This document shows positions 23,821 to 36,319 of a stretch of DNA of 64,000 nucleotides, piece after piece. This DNA comes from Octopus vulgaris. Taxonomy: Eukaryota. Within the stretch, counting starts at the first letter, position 1. Each line of letters starts with the position of its first letter. The stretch spans positions 114,700,001 through 114,764,000 of the forward strand of contig OX597817.1 of the NCBI GenBank assembly GCA_951406725.2. Direction: 5' to 3'. The position numbers and the translations under genes are program-made. The notes beneath the pieces are model-generated. The model searched no databases. It saw nothing but the letters and a program-made list of their open reading frames with translations, and was not told where the DNA came from.

Positions 23821-24830
23821 TAACAAGAGAATGATGTCCTCAGCTCCGAATTCTTATATGAATAAGGAGACAAATACAAAGTGTGATATTAATTAACTGA
23901 TAAATGAATGATTAAAAAACATCATCATCATCATCATTTAATGTCCATTGTCCATGCTGGCGTCGGTTGGATAGTTTGACTGGGCTGGCATGCTGGAAGG
24001 CTGCACTAATATATTCATATTCTCATGCCCTACATTTCTTCTGTTTAGTTTCTATCTATCTATCTATCTATCTGTCTGTCTGCCTTTCTAATTCTACCAC
24101 AAAGCATTGATCAACTTACGTCTATAGTAGAAGACAGTTGCCCAAGATACTGCACAGTGAGATTGAATCTGCAATCACATAGCTAGCCACAAAGCAAACT
24201 TCTTAATCATGCACCTATTCCTGTGTCTGGGTGCTTTTTGTTTGATTTTTATTGATTGAATTTTTGGAGCAAAGCTAATTGATAAAACCATCAACTATCT
24301 TGAATATCACCATCATTAAGTGGAGATTTACACATGGACTTTCCTAAATAGGATATTAAAAGCACTTCTTGTTTGATTCCCTTTTTTTTTATTTTATTGA
24401 CTTGTTGAAATCACACGCTAAATCTTCGAACTTCAGAACTTATTGCATAAAATTAGTAAATATCGATGAACACATAGTATCAAATTAGTCTAACTATTAC
24501 GGTTAAGTTCTGGTTTCTGTTTGAATTGATCAGTGATTTGCTGTAAGTTCTTTTCATGAACAGAAGGATGAGGTATGTCTGGTGGTAGCAGTGGCTGCTG
24601 CTGTTGTTGTTAGTTCTCTTTTGAGTTCTCAATGAACTGTGATACATGCCAGGAAAATTCTCTTTTATTTTCCGCTGTGCAAAGAGAATACCAAGATATA
24701 TTTACATCTGTTTGAAGTTTCACACTGAATTTTTGTTTTTCAGATGTTTTCTGTCTTAACTACATTAAAATGTATCTTAGGTTTCTAAAACACACTGTGT
24801 TGCACATAGATATTTAGAAGTAATAGCAGG

Positions 24831-24836
24831 AGAGAT

Positions 24837-24918
<82 letters not shown>

Positions 24919-24920
24919 AG
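24831..24920. repeat. (AG)n microsatellite
   Basis: Direct reading of a long GA run. Confidence 0.95.
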
Positions 24921-25574
24921 ATGGTGAGAGTCGATTTGTTAATTGAATTAACTTCAGCATATCATTGGTACTTATTTAAGCAAACTTTAGTGCATGAATT
25001 TAGTGCATCAATTCAAGCACTTATAGGATTCAAGCTCCAGACATATATTAGAGTGAAGTTAACACCCTTCTAACTTCTAAATATCGATTCAATGTGACTT
25101 AGCAGAAGACTCTTAATAATATTTATAGAAGATGGAAAAATGGTATGTTTTAACAGTCCTAAATATTTCACAGTAGCATTCCTAAATCTTTAGTGAGTAT
25201 TTGTGTCTGATGTAAAATAAATGTAAAGTTTCCACCCAGATTCTGAAGTTGGTCCTTCCTCCAGAAATTGAATTATTTACTATACAATCCTGCTTGTCAA
25301 TTAGAAACTAAATTAATTTCAATGCTATTTGTAATCAGTTTGACTCATAACTGGTTTAAAACTTAGATCTAAGACAGAAATTTAAATTTTTCAGAGATAC
25401 AAAAAGGTTAGATAAAACAGTTTAAAACTGTTGCAAAGCACAGGTAAGATAAAATAAAGCATAGCTTGAAATTGTATCGATATATAGGTAAGATTAGTTA
25501 AATATTAGTTAAAACAGAGATGGAAAAATCTCAACAACACTTCCAGTGGTCTGTTTTCTATAGCACAATATTAG

Positions 25575-25880
25575 GTGATGAGAGTTGCTTAGAGAAGCTG
25601 TTAAAATTTCCATTACATATAATCTACTTCTCATTTGAGACCAGAAGCCAGAAGGTGGATCATCTAACTGGAGTTAACTTTGCCCTGGAAAGAGAGAATG
25701 AAGGAAGTACATGAGAAGGAAAGGGAAAAATACTAAGAGTTGGTGGAGGAGTATTGTAAGAAGGGGTGAAAAACCAGGTGTTTGTCAGTAGAAGTAGGCA
25801 GTCAAGGATATGAAGGTCATTACCACAGTAAGACCTACAGAACACAGAATGTTGCAGAAATGAGGAGAAGAGCAAACAAA
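25575..25880 (+). pseudogene. HERO-type restriction-like endonuclease domain relic
   Basis: LEKLLKFPLHI then, from 25668, LELTLPWKERMKEVHEKEREKY*ELVEEYCKKG*KTRCLSVEVGSQGY, matching the HERO pattern LELTVPWEE..KY..LV..C..GW..C.PVEVG.RG. Confidence 0.7.
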
Positions 25881-26031
25881 AATGAAGTAAAAACTAAGTG
25901 AGAATCTAGATTAGTGATTCACAATCTTTATTTACCTATGTACACCACCGTTGATTTTTATTTTACTCTCTTGGATACCCAATAACAGCTGAAGTACCAC
26001 AGGGAAATAAACTGGAGACAGTGTTCTTGTA

Positions 26032-26067
<36 letters not shown>

Positions 26068-26069
<2 letters not shown>

Positions 26070-26276
26070 ATGGCTGAATTGTTAGCACACCAGACCAGAC
26101 AAAATGCTTAGCAGCATTTCATCCAGCTTATATTCGGAGTTCAGATTCTGCTAAGGTCAACTTTGCCTTTCATCTTTTTGGGGCGTCAATAAAATTACTA
26201 CAAGATGTGATTGAAGTAATCCACTAGCTCCCTTCTCTGAAAGTGTTGGCTTTGTGCCAAAATTTGAAACAAATAA
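26068..26276 (+). mobile_element. SINE family B
   Basis: GAGTTCAGATTCTGC..CTTTGCCTTTCATC..GTGCCAAAATTTGAAAC tail. Confidence 0.8.
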
Positions 26277-26294
26277 TTCCTGAATGTGTATGTG

Positions 26295-26680
26295 AGAAGC
26301 TTGCTTACCAACCACATGGTTCCAGGTTCAGTCTCACTGCATAGAACCTTGGGCAAGTGTCTTCTACTATAGCCTTGGGCCGACCAAAGCCTTGTGAGTG
26401 GATTTGGTGGAGAGAAACTGAAAGAAGCCTGTCGTATATACATATATATGTGTATGTATATGCATGTGTGTGTGTGTGTGTGTATGTGCATCTGTGTTTG
26501 TCCCCCAACATCATTTGACAACCGAGGCTGGTATGTTTACGCCCCCGTACCATAGGGGTTCAGCAAAAGAGACTGATAGAATAAGTACTAGGCTTATGAA
26601 GAATGAGTTCTGCGGTCAATTTGCTTGATTAAAGGTGGTGCTGCAGCATGGCTGCAGTCAGATGACTGAAACAAAGAATG
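26295..26680 (+). mobile_element. SINE family A
   Basis: AGCTTGCTTACCAACCACATGG..CCTTGGGCAAGTGTCTTC..GACTGAAACAAAG. Confidence 0.9.
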
Positions 26681-26689
26681 AGTAGTTTT

Positions 26690-26890
26690 ACACTCTTGGA
26701 GTGGTTGCTACACTCTCGGAGTAGTTGGCATTAGGGAGGGCATCCAGCTGTAGAAACTCTGCTAGATCAGATTGGAGTCTGGTGAAGCCATTTGGTTCAC
26801 CAAACATAAGTCAAATCATCCAACCCATGCTAGCATGGAAAGCGGATGTTAAATGATGATGACGACGATGATGATGATGATGATGATGAT
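26690..26890 (+). mobile_element. RTE LINE 3' tail
   Basis: CTACACTCTCGGAGTAGTTGG..GGGCATCCAGCTGTAGAAAC..GTTAAATGATGATGAC(GAT)n. Confidence 0.85.
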
Positions 26891-27381
26891 ATATCTCTTA
26901 TTATAAAAGGCAGATTTTATCTGCCTCCCTTTGTATCTTATAGAAATCTACAATATAGGATTTCTTCAATTACAATTTACCTGGCATTTTTAAGAGTAGA
27001 ATGCATCGGGTCGTGCCAGGTCCAGTTTTTAAAATTTCAACCCCAATTAAGCAAAATTTAGAGAGAACTCACATTGTGGTGTCTAAGTCAAATGCTTCTC
27101 TTAGTGTGGCCTACACCACACGCACACGCACACACACAGTGTGCAACGAATAAAGTGAAAGTAATTCACTTTTTGTAGTGAGTGAGTCTTTCACTCTGCC
27201 ACTTCCTCTTTACACACATAGACACGCAAATATATAAATAAAATTGTAAGCTAAGGTGTGTGTGTGAGTGTGTGTGTGTGTGTGTGCGTGTGTGTGTGAG
27301 GGTGCATGTGTGTGTGTGTGTGTGCGTGTGTGTGTGAGGGTGCATGTGTGTGTGTGTGTGTGTGCGTGAGTGTGTGACAGG

Positions 27382-27892
27382 AAAGTTTTTTAAGACGAAT
27401 ATAAGACCTATATCCAAGTAGCAGAAAGATCGCCCGAAAGTGTATATAGATATTTAAATGTATTTATATATTCATCTATACACAGATGTATGTATAATGT
27501 GTGTGTATATATTTCCATAGAGGTAACCTTTCACTCCATACAAAGTTTTTTAGGATGAATATAAGATCTAAAGTATATACAAGTAGCTGAAAGATCGCCC
27601 AAAAGTGTATATAGATATTTAAATGTATTTATATATTCATCTATACACAGATGTATGTATAATGTGTGTGTATATATTTCCATAGACGTAAATATTCACT
27701 CCGCACAAAGTTTTTTAGGACGAAAATAAGATCTAAAGTTATCTCTAAGTAGCACAAAGATTGCCCAAAAGTGTATACAGATATATAAATGTATTTATAT
27801 ATTCATCTATGCACACATGTATGTATAACGTGTGTGTATATATTTCCATAGAGGTAACCATTCACTCCATACAAATTTTTTAGGACGAAAAT
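27382..27892 (+). repeat. Tandem repeat inside the Helitron, 3 x about 160-166 bp plus a partial unit
   Basis: Units start near 27382, 27542, 27707 and 27873 (AAAGTTTTTTA(A/G)GA(C/T)GAA..AAGATCGCCC..CATAGAGGTAACC..CACTCCATAC). Confidence 0.9.
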
Positions 27893-28164
27893 ATTTATAT
27901 ATAAAAGAAAGGTTGTGTGTCTGTCTACTCCGATTTAGATTCCTAACTACTCCCACATTTTGCGATGCAGTTTAACCAAAACCGGGTATCTTATAGTCGT
28001 GATTCATATCGAGCCCTTCTGGGTCTACGATAGTCTATGATTTTACAAATAATTCTGTGTCTACGATGAGTCTATGATTTTACAAATAATTTACCATCAT
28101 TTTTTTCCATTTTAATGCATTTTCTTTTAAATAAAGGGAAGTAACTCTCAAACTTCACACCAAT

Positions 28165-28686
28165 ATGCGTGCTCATATGCGATGTAATATCACATCAGCA
28201 GCATTTCCTCACACCCTCCTTGCACTTGGCGAAGGCAAAATACCAGGGGATGAAAATGGTAATATTGCCATCGATTCCATTTGTACCATTGTTAAGACGC
28301 CTTCTGATCTCAGAGATGCAGTGTTCCCAGATCTACAAGCTAATTATCAGAATATGGATTGGATTGGCAAAAAGGCTATACTGGCCCCGAGGAATAAAAC
28401 TGTTCACCATATTAATGATGAAATGCTAAAACTCATTCCTGGGGAAGTCTATGTATATCAGTCTATCGATACAACTCCTGACCCAGAGGACGTCATCAAC
28501 TATCCAATAGAGGTACTCAATTCCTTTGAGCACCCCGGACTACCACCACACTTTCTCAAACTTAAAGTTGGTGCCCCTATAATGCTCATCAGAAATTTGG
28601 TTCCCCCAAAACAATGCAATGGCACACGTTTGATCGTTAAGTCCTTATCTCCCACCGTAAACTTATATCAATATTTGCCTGAATAA
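28165..28686 (+). pseudogene. Helitron RepHel PIF1-family helicase internal fragment (173-aa open frame)
   Basis: AILAPRNKTVHHIN, YPIEVLNS..PGLPPHFLKLKVGAPIMLIRNL..CNGTRLIV are Helitron/PIF1 motifs. Rep domain, Walker A/B motifs and C-terminal motifs are absent. Confidence 0.9.
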
Positions 28687-28869
28687 TCATCATAATTCAG
28701 TGCAATCATTAACAGTACTTTCAAGCAATTCAGCCCCGAGCAATGCCGGGCAATTCTGCTAGTATATATATATATATTTATATGTGAGAAGGTAATCTTT
28801 ATTACCAACTTAATATGGCGGTTCTGTTAGAACACTGAGCACAAAATTCCTAGAAAGGACATTTTTTTT

Positions 28870-29039
28870 ATGTTCGAACAAGCTAGATCTGGTTTTTCAC
28901 ACTTACCCAACACTGTCATTCTAATAATAAACAATCACATCATCGAAATCTTGAAGCTATGATATAATGCAGGATCAATTTAAAACAATGTAAATAATAA
29001 ACATAACTCAATAGGGTAATCTGAATGTTAAAGAGTTAA
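28870..29039 (+). mobile_element. piggyBac-type MITE, 5'-truncated
   Basis: AACAATCACATCATCGAAATC..AATCTGAATGTTAAAGAG-TTAA. Confidence 0.7.
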
Positions 29040-29783
29040 ATACTGAGGGTGTCTCAGAGAACTATATTCAGTTCCTTCCTATTTTTTAAAGGCCTTTTAG
29101 ATTGTGATTTGAGAAAGATTTAACTGCTATTTCTTGCAAGCCAAATGATCACATAAAGGCTCCCATGTTGGTCTCTTCAAAGTTTTGTGTTTAATATGGT
29201 GATAAGGCCCAATTTAGTCCCTCTAGAGAGAGAAGTATATTAGGCATTTACCAAAAATGCGAAAGAGTTCTTGATTCCTGGAGTGGATCACTCTATTATT
29301 GTTTTCAAATGATGTTTGTATTGAGGTTAGGGCAATATAAGATAAAACAAAGGTTGAAATTATACTAAAAATAAGGCAAATTAGACAGAACAAATGTTGA
29401 GATTACATTAAGATTAAGGCAAGTTCAGAAAAAAGCAAAACAAAACAAAACAACACAAACAAACAAAAAACATAACAAATAATATAAAAACAGTGATGAG
29501 AAGTAATTTACCAAATAAATTTGCAATGAATTGTTAGTATTTTGTTGTTGTTTTTCTCACAACAGAAACTGATGTATATTTTTCTTTGAAGTACAAGATG
29601 CAAAGCTTATTTGTTGCTTAAAGATAGTTACTGGAATGTCTTTTCTTTTTCAAATAATGTAGAACAATGTTTATTGAAAAGTGCTGTTGGGAAGCCTTTT
29701 GAATGTTTCTATAATATTATATTGTATAATTTTCCTTATATGGAATATCGTCTTTAGTTATTTCGCTTTATTTGTAATGCATT

Positions 29784-29827
<44 letters not shown>

Positions 29828-30894
29828 TGATGATGATGATGACAGCAGCAACAACAATAATCCTTTCTTCAACACTAATAATCCTTTCTTTTATTTTGCC
29901 AGCAGAACCATATGCATACAGCATGATGCAAAAAAGTGATTACAAAAATATTTAGGATGTATGTACATAATTATATAAAAAACTATGGATGGGGCAAGGT
30001 TTTTAAAGAATCTTTAGTTACATATTAAAAATCTGTAGCATAAACACTGATAAATTACATCAAAGAAAGAAATGTATCCATACATAAATATAAAAAATTT
30101 CATGCAAACAAAAACAAATAAGAGTAATCCAACCACAATTGTCTTAGAAGCTGCCACTTGTGTTCAACCAGGGCATTCTTTAGCTCCAACACCCTTTTTT
30201 CTTCCATGTCATCAACATCTATGTATTCAGAATATTCAGTTTTAAAAGTGCCTCTGGACAGCTCTAGTGTTAGAATGGATAAGAAAGGGACCACTTTCTT
30301 CTTGTAAGTAAGGTATGACAGTTCATAGACTGTTAGACTGGTTCTTATTTTAGCAATTAATCACTTGTGTGTTCCCCATAGTCAAAACCCATCCCTTCTT
30401 AGATCTACACATTAGCTTTACTTTCTTCTCACAGCAGTTCATTAAAAATTGTTCAGCTCCTCATTGGCTTTTCAAAGGACTGTAAACTTCATTCAGTTCC
30501 AGGAGAAATTGACTCTTCTTTGGTTGTTTTGCTTTCTGTTTAAGTTCATTTGTGGAGAGAGATCCCCCCCCCTTGACTGTGAGTGTTTACTGCCCCTGTT
30601 TACACTGTTTTCCTCCTTTTTGTTGCAAGATAATATGATACTACTGATTGTGACCAGAGGGCAAGACCTTTAGTTGTTGGTTACTGCTATTTAAAACAAG
30701 ATTATGTCTTCTATCTGTAAATATGCTCTGGTGACTCTCTGGAAACAACTACTTCTGTAACATTCTGTTGCTGTCTCTCTTGCTGTTTGTTTTCTCTTTC
30801 TCTGATTTTTCCATCTATGGACTGAATATTTTCAAATGACTCTTAATACAACACATGTAACACCTGGACTTGTACACTGCATCACCTTTCTCTC

Positions 30895-31100
30895 TTAACC
30901 CATTAACATCTAGCTTAAATGTTCTATCTGTTTTATGTTAAAACTGGATAGATTTGACCTCTTACACCAACCTTACAATGTCATTCTAAAAGTAAACAAT
31001 GACATCATTGAAAGCTCAAAGCTAAAAGTTGATACATGATTAATTCAAAACAATGTGAATAAATAAGCATTACATTTGAGAGAGTAATCTGAATGTTAAA
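30895..31100 (+). mobile_element. piggyBac-type MITE, degenerate
   Basis: TTAA-CCCATTAACAT..ACAATGTCATTCTAAAA..AGAGTAATCTGAATGTTAAA. Confidence 0.7.
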
Positions 31101-31379
31101 TGCAAAGCTGGTTTGTCTTATGCTTTTTTTAAGGGTCATTGGACGAGAAAATCTAGTTGGACCATTTTACTAAATGCCATCTTGGTTTTTACAGCCTGGC
31201 CATACTCTGTTCCAAGAGTGAGGATGAGCCATGGATTAACAGCACTACTTGCAGTGTCTCTTATAGGATACTGTCATATTATAATATAGATTTCTAGTCC
31301 ATCAGTTTCTCCTGCATTCACGCTCCATCCTAAGTTTTGAAAACCACACACGTACTTCCATATTTTCTATAATAGAGAG

Positions 31380-32040
31380 AATTTATGAACACAACAATCT
31401 AAAGGTGGAAATAATTATTAAAAATTAAAAACAACAGTAGATCTTCAGTGAGCCATTGAAAATACCTCATTTCAATGATAAAATTGGCACCAGCAAAAAT
31501 ACAAACCTGTTCATCACAGATTTAATAAAAACAAATAGGAAAATCAATATCACTAGGTTGGATTAATAGTATATCCAGCTACTGTGTTATTCAAAAGGAA
31601 AGTGAGTACTCCTTCAGATCTTTTTAGGCAGGAGTATCAAAGCCCAAATAGACAGCTTGGAAAACAAATGTATAGAAAAGATACAAAATAAGGGAAAAGG
31701 TATACCAGTCCATGATGAAATCAATAGCAAAATGAAAAAAAACTGAAAACAAGGAAGAAAGGCAAATGCTATAGAATTATGAGATACAGAACTGAAGTAT
31801 CTGAAATCAAAGAATGTTTGACACGATAGATGCTTGCTAAATCACAAAATCAAATCCATCTTATGAAGACTGACAAGTTTCTTTGAACAAATCAATAGTC
31901 CGGTTCCAACCCAAACTATTTTACCAAGAATCAGGTAAAAATAAAATAGAAATGAATGTAATTCCAACAGTAAAGGAAGTAGAAGAATTCTGGGAGGTAT
32001 ATGGGCAGCAAAGTGATCACAATAGAAGATATTGTTAAAA
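31380..32040 (+). pseudogene. R4/Dong-type non-LTR retrotransposon relic (pre-RT region)
   Basis: With frameshifts reads SNP(K)LFYQESGKNKIEMNVIPTVKEVEEFWE(G)IWA, the N..FY.ELG...P..EEVE.FW..IW pattern found upstream of R4-clade RT. Left boundary uncertain. Confidence 0.6.
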
Positions 32041-32274
32041 ACAATGAACACAACACTGCAATAATGGTGGGGGAGCATGAGTGTGAAGGGTGGTGTTAGT
32101 CAGTAGCAGACTACTATGGCTGGTAGATGATGCCTTTAATTTTCCTAGAAGTAGGGTACATATGTTTGGCAGATGAGTGAGCTGACTTTCTCTTAGCAAT
32201 ACTGTTGACATTTATGATTAGTGTCACTACATTCTCTTTAATGTTGTGTGTGTATATGTATATATATATATATT

Positions 32275-32672
32275 CTTTTATTTGTTTCAGTCATTTGACT
32301 GTAGCCATGCAGGAGCACTGCCTTTAGTCAAGCAAATCGACCCCAGGGCTTATTTTTTGTAAGCCCAGTACTTATTCTATTGGTTTCTTTTGCTGAACCA
32401 CTAAGTTACAGGGACGTAAACACACCAGCATCGGTTGTCAAGCGATGTTGTGGAGGACAAACATAGGCAAACATGCACACACACACACACATACATATAT
32501 ATAGATGATGGGCTTCTTTCAGTTTCCATTTACCAAATCCACTCACTAGGCTTTAGTTGGCCTGAGGCTACAGTAGAAGACCCTTGCCCCAGGTGCTACA
32601 CAGTGGGACTGAACCTGGAACGATATGGTTGGTAAGGGTAAGTAAGCTACTTACCACACAGCCACTCCTGTA
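32275..32672 (-). mobile_element. SINE family A, full length
   Basis: Reverse complement of 19181-19562 from TTGTTTCAGTCATTTGAC to CTTACCACACAGCCACTCCTG. Confidence 0.9.
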
Positions 32673-32705
<33 letters not shown>

Positions 32706-32710
<5 letters not shown>

Positions 32711-33026
32711 AGCTCTGTCTGGCCCCCGTGTTGGTGGCACGTAAAAGCACCATCCGTTCGTGTCCGTTGCCAGCCTCGCCTGGCCCCCGTGCCGGTAACA
32801 CGTAAAAGCACCATCCAGCTCTGTTTGGCACCTGTGCGGGTGGCACGTAAAAAGCACCCACTACACTCACGGAGTGGTTGGCATTCGGAAGGGCATCCAG
32901 CCGTAGAAACACTGCCAGATCTGACTGGGCCTGATGAAGCCTTCCAGCTTCACAGACCCCAGTTGAACCATCCAACCCATGCTAGCATGGAAAACGGACG
33001 CTAAATGATGATGATGATGATGATGA
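32706..33026 (+). mobile_element. RTE LINE 3' end inserted in (TA)n
   Basis: Three GGTGGCACGTAAAAGCACC-type motifs, GAAGGGCATCCAGCCGTAGAAAC, (GAT)n tail; (TA)n on both sides. Confidence 0.9.
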
Positions 33027-33047
33027 TATATATATATATATATAGTC

Positions 33048-33245
33048 AATTCAAATAAACAATCAATTCAAATAAATGAATAAAATTAACAGACAACAAG
33101 AGGATGTGCAGAAGGAATGTATTAGCTTGATGCTTGGTGAAGAGAGAGAGTTTGATGTTTCAAGCACAGCTCTTCATAGGAAAGGAGAAAGGGAAAACTC
33201 CAAAGAAGGAAAAGAAATCACCAACATGTGTGTGGTTACATTGCT
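33048..33245 (-). mobile_element. Degenerate hammerhead-bearing element (same family as 61780-61970)
   Basis: Minus strand 33150-33184: TTT-CCTATGA-A-GAGC TGT GCTT-GAAA-CA-TC-AAAC, aligning with 61846-61880. Confidence 0.6.
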
Positions 33246-33339
33246 GAAGTCATGTATTTTATTTATGTATGTGTGAGTGTGTGTGGCTGTGTGTTTATGT
33301 GTGTGTATCCCTTTTAGTTTTGGTATTTTAAATAGAGTA

Positions 33340-33810
33340 TGATTTGGTGAAGAGATCTAAGAAATTCTATTATTTGTCAGAATTGTGTCTACTTTTAGTC
33401 CACCAAATTCTGGTTGTCTCTATTTCCAGATTTTTAAATTTGAATAATTCTCTATATATTTTAGAACAGTGTTATCTCTTGTTAAGATTATACTTTGATT
33501 AGCAAGAGCTTCCTAACTAGGTTTTCCGTTAAAATATTTGGCCAATTGCTTTTATTTCTACTTGTGTTGATCAACATGCTCTACAATATAAGCACTTTAT
33601 CTTTCTTTGATACATTTTATGATGTGTGTTTATACCACTTCTTTTTTGCTGGTATTTCATAACACTTGACATAACTTTGCAGTGTATGAAAGTACCAACT
33701 CTTGTCACAACTGTAGATGTATCTTCTTGGCTAAGACCAGATCAGGTATCCAGAGACAACATGGTTGATTGCTTCTTGCTATCCTCCACATGTTTTGCAA
33801 TTGATATATT
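33340..33810 (-). pseudogene. R4/Dong-type relic (CCHC knuckle and RLE region)
   Basis: NCKTCGG*QEAINHVVSG, LCQCYEIPAKKKWYKHT and FKNLEIETTRIW..LKVDTI fit CxxC..H..SGC, LC..Y.I..WY.H.P and KY.DLEIE..RMW. Confidence 0.7.
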
Positions 33811-33819
33811 CAGCTTTTT

Positions 33820-34218
33820 TATTTTATCTTTTACCTTTCACTTGTTTCAGTCATGAGACTGTGACTCTGCTGGGGCACCATTTTGAAGAATTTTACTTGA
33901 ATGAATTGACTCTAGTACTTATTGTTTTTGTAAAGTTCTGTTGAGGTCTTTTGCTGAACTGCTAAGTTACAGGAATGTAAACACATCAATGCCAGTTGTC
34001 AATTGGTGGTGAGGGACAAACACAGACACAAAGACACTTTACATACATATATACTTATATGATGGTCTTCTTCCAGTTTCCATCTATTAAATCCATTCAT
34101 TAGGCTTTGGTTGGCTTGAGGCTATAGTAGAAGGTACTTGCCCAAGGTGCCATGCAGGGCTGGAACCATGTGGTTGGGTTGGGAAGCAAACTTCTTACCA
34201 CACAACCATGCCTACACC
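33820..34218 (-). mobile_element. SINE family A
   Basis: CTTGTTTCAGTCA..GCTAAGTTAC..TTGCCCAAGGTGCC..CTTACCACACAACC. Confidence 0.85.
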
Positions 34219-34364
34219 TGTGTCATGATATTCTTTTAATGGTTTCATGTGGTGAGGCTTTGCTTAATGACAGGTATGTTGGACAACAAAGTCCCCATGA
34301 TACAAAAAGATGAGATGGTTGGGATACAGATCTAGTACATTTGATCATGATCTGATCTTTCTCG

Positions 34365-34580
34365 AGCCATATAGACTTATAAAGCTGGTTACCCAGTTTC
34401 TGTTGTGCATATATTTACCCCCTGGTTAGGACGCTAGTCTGACATAGAATTACTCATATCTGCCAGCTAAGCAGTCTGGAATAGTGCGAAATGTTTTGCT
34501 CACGAACACAATGCACCATCAGGTTCAGGAATCGAAACCAAAACCTTATAATCATGAGTCCAACATCCTAACCATTACCC
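34365..34580 (-). mobile_element. SINE family C (tRNA head, V-SINE-like central block)
   Basis: Minus strand GGTTAGGATGTTGGACTCATGAT..GGTTTCGATTCCTG..GAGTAATTC..GACTAGCGTCCTAACCAGGGG; related to 43925-44175. Confidence 0.6.
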
Positions 34581-34584
34581 AACC

Positions 34585-34840
34585 ACATATATATATGTAT
34601 ATATATGTGTATGTGTGTGTGTTTATGTATTTGTGTTTGTCCCCCCAACATCGCTTGACAACCGATGGTGGTGTATTTACGTCCCAATAACTTAGTGGTT
34701 TGGCAAAAGAGACCGATAGAATAAGTACTAGGCTTACAAAGAATAAGTCCTGGGGTCGATTTGCTTGACAAAAGGCGGTGCTCCTGCATGGCCACAGTCA
34801 AATGACTGAAACAAGTAAAAGAGGGTGAAAGAGTAAAAGA
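34585..34840 (+). mobile_element. SINE family A, 3' half
   Basis: GTTTGTCCCCCCAACATCGCTTGACAACCG..GACTGAAACAAGTAAAAGAG. Confidence 0.9.
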
Positions 34841-36319
34841 AAATTCTATAGAATTATGAGATGCAAAAATAAATAAAGTATTTGCTTGTAGTGAGCTCAC
34901 TCTGGACTAACTTGAAATTGAGTGAATTTCTAAGTGCCCATAAGTCATACTGAGTCTACCTGATCATATCTCATTAAGTATACATGTGTCTGGAGATATT
35001 TTGCCTCTTACAGGCCAGAACATATGAGTGGATAAGTACTTTTGTTGATCAAATAACTAGAATAATAATGCTCATCTTTGAAATTGATGGAAGCTCCTTT
35101 TATTTCCTGTACGTATTCATACATATGTCTTCTTTCTCGTTTAGTAAATTCTACATGTACTTGTGTTATGCGGTGCGTATATGTTTGTGCTGTAAGGGTT
35201 ATTTACTTTACTTATCTTGAAAAATAAAAATAAAAAAAAACAAAATAGAAAACAAAATTAAGTGTTAGAAAGAATATTAGCCAGCCATTGTAAAATTGAC
35301 TTATGATAGATGTTATGAGAGGAATAAGATGAATGGGGTAAATATTCACTCTTGATCGAAATGCTATTATATGAGTTAGAATGGAAATAATATCCACGCG
35401 AGACATCTTGTCTCTGAACATTGACAAGAGATCGCATCTATTTATGCTGCAGTTTTTGTCAAGACAAACTCAGAAAGATAATGATTTGAAGAACAGAAAA
35501 AAAAAAAAACTCAGAAAAATATCAAAAAACAAAAAGAAAACTTACAAACAAACAAAACAAGAAAAACAAAATCTGTAAAGTCTTTTAGAAGTGGTAAATA
35601 TTCTCTTTTGTTAAGATAAGCTGATGATTTTACTTTCATTTTTATGGGAGTGTTGTTATAGTGGTGGTTGCTGGGCTGAAGAAGCGGTGGAGCCTTCTAT
35701 ATTTATTTAAAGAAAAAAATGTTTTTTCTTAATCAGAGAAGGAAGGTTAGTGCTCATGACCTTTTTTTTTTTTCATGGCTTCGAAAGACTAGTGATGGAG
35801 GTGGTAGTGGTGGTGGTAGTGGGATGGTGCAAGAGAGAAGACAGAAAAATTGCAATATTCTCAGAAAAGAACCTTGGTCCACATGCTTACAGCTGAGTAG
35901 AAAACTCTGCTAAAGGCACTCAAGGGCAAGGCAGTGGTGGTGGGGTAGGTGTTTAAACTAGATGATGTTTTTATTTAAAGGTTTGATATAATTTCCAAGT
36001 TGTGAATTGATCATATAAATAAATAATTTATCTATTTATGAATTGTAGTCTTTATTCTAAATCTCTGATTAATGATGTGGAGATGTTTAACAAAATGATT
36101 CTAACATTCAACCCTCACTGTTGATGGTAAAGCAGTAAATGTGTGTGCATTATCTGAAAAAAAAATATTAGAAGACTTCAGAAAGATTGCTTGGTATTTT
36201 CTAGAGGGAAGTGAGGAGGGAAGAGTAAATAAGGAAATATTTTATTTCTCAAAAAAAAAAAAAAAAGCTTTTTTATATCATCATTATCTTCATCATCCTC
36301 ATCATCATCATTGTTATTC

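Larger units (their letters stand above)
26894..28762 (+). mobile_element. Non-autonomous Helitron (about 1.87 kb) with apparently intact termini
   Basis: 5' A|TCTCTTATTATAAAAG; 3' hairpin CCCGAGC-AAT-GCCGGG (28735-28750) eight nt before CTAG|T (28759-28762); no TSD; internal PIF1 helicase fragment. Confidence 0.85.

Noticed and set aside
28165-28686. Host PIF1 helicase gene exon
   Set aside because: It lies within Helitron termini, lacks the ATPase motifs and is truncated at both ends.
30100-30294. 64-aa ORF with protein-like composition
   Set aside because: No recognisable motif or convincing splice sites; possibly an old TE remnant but unsupported.
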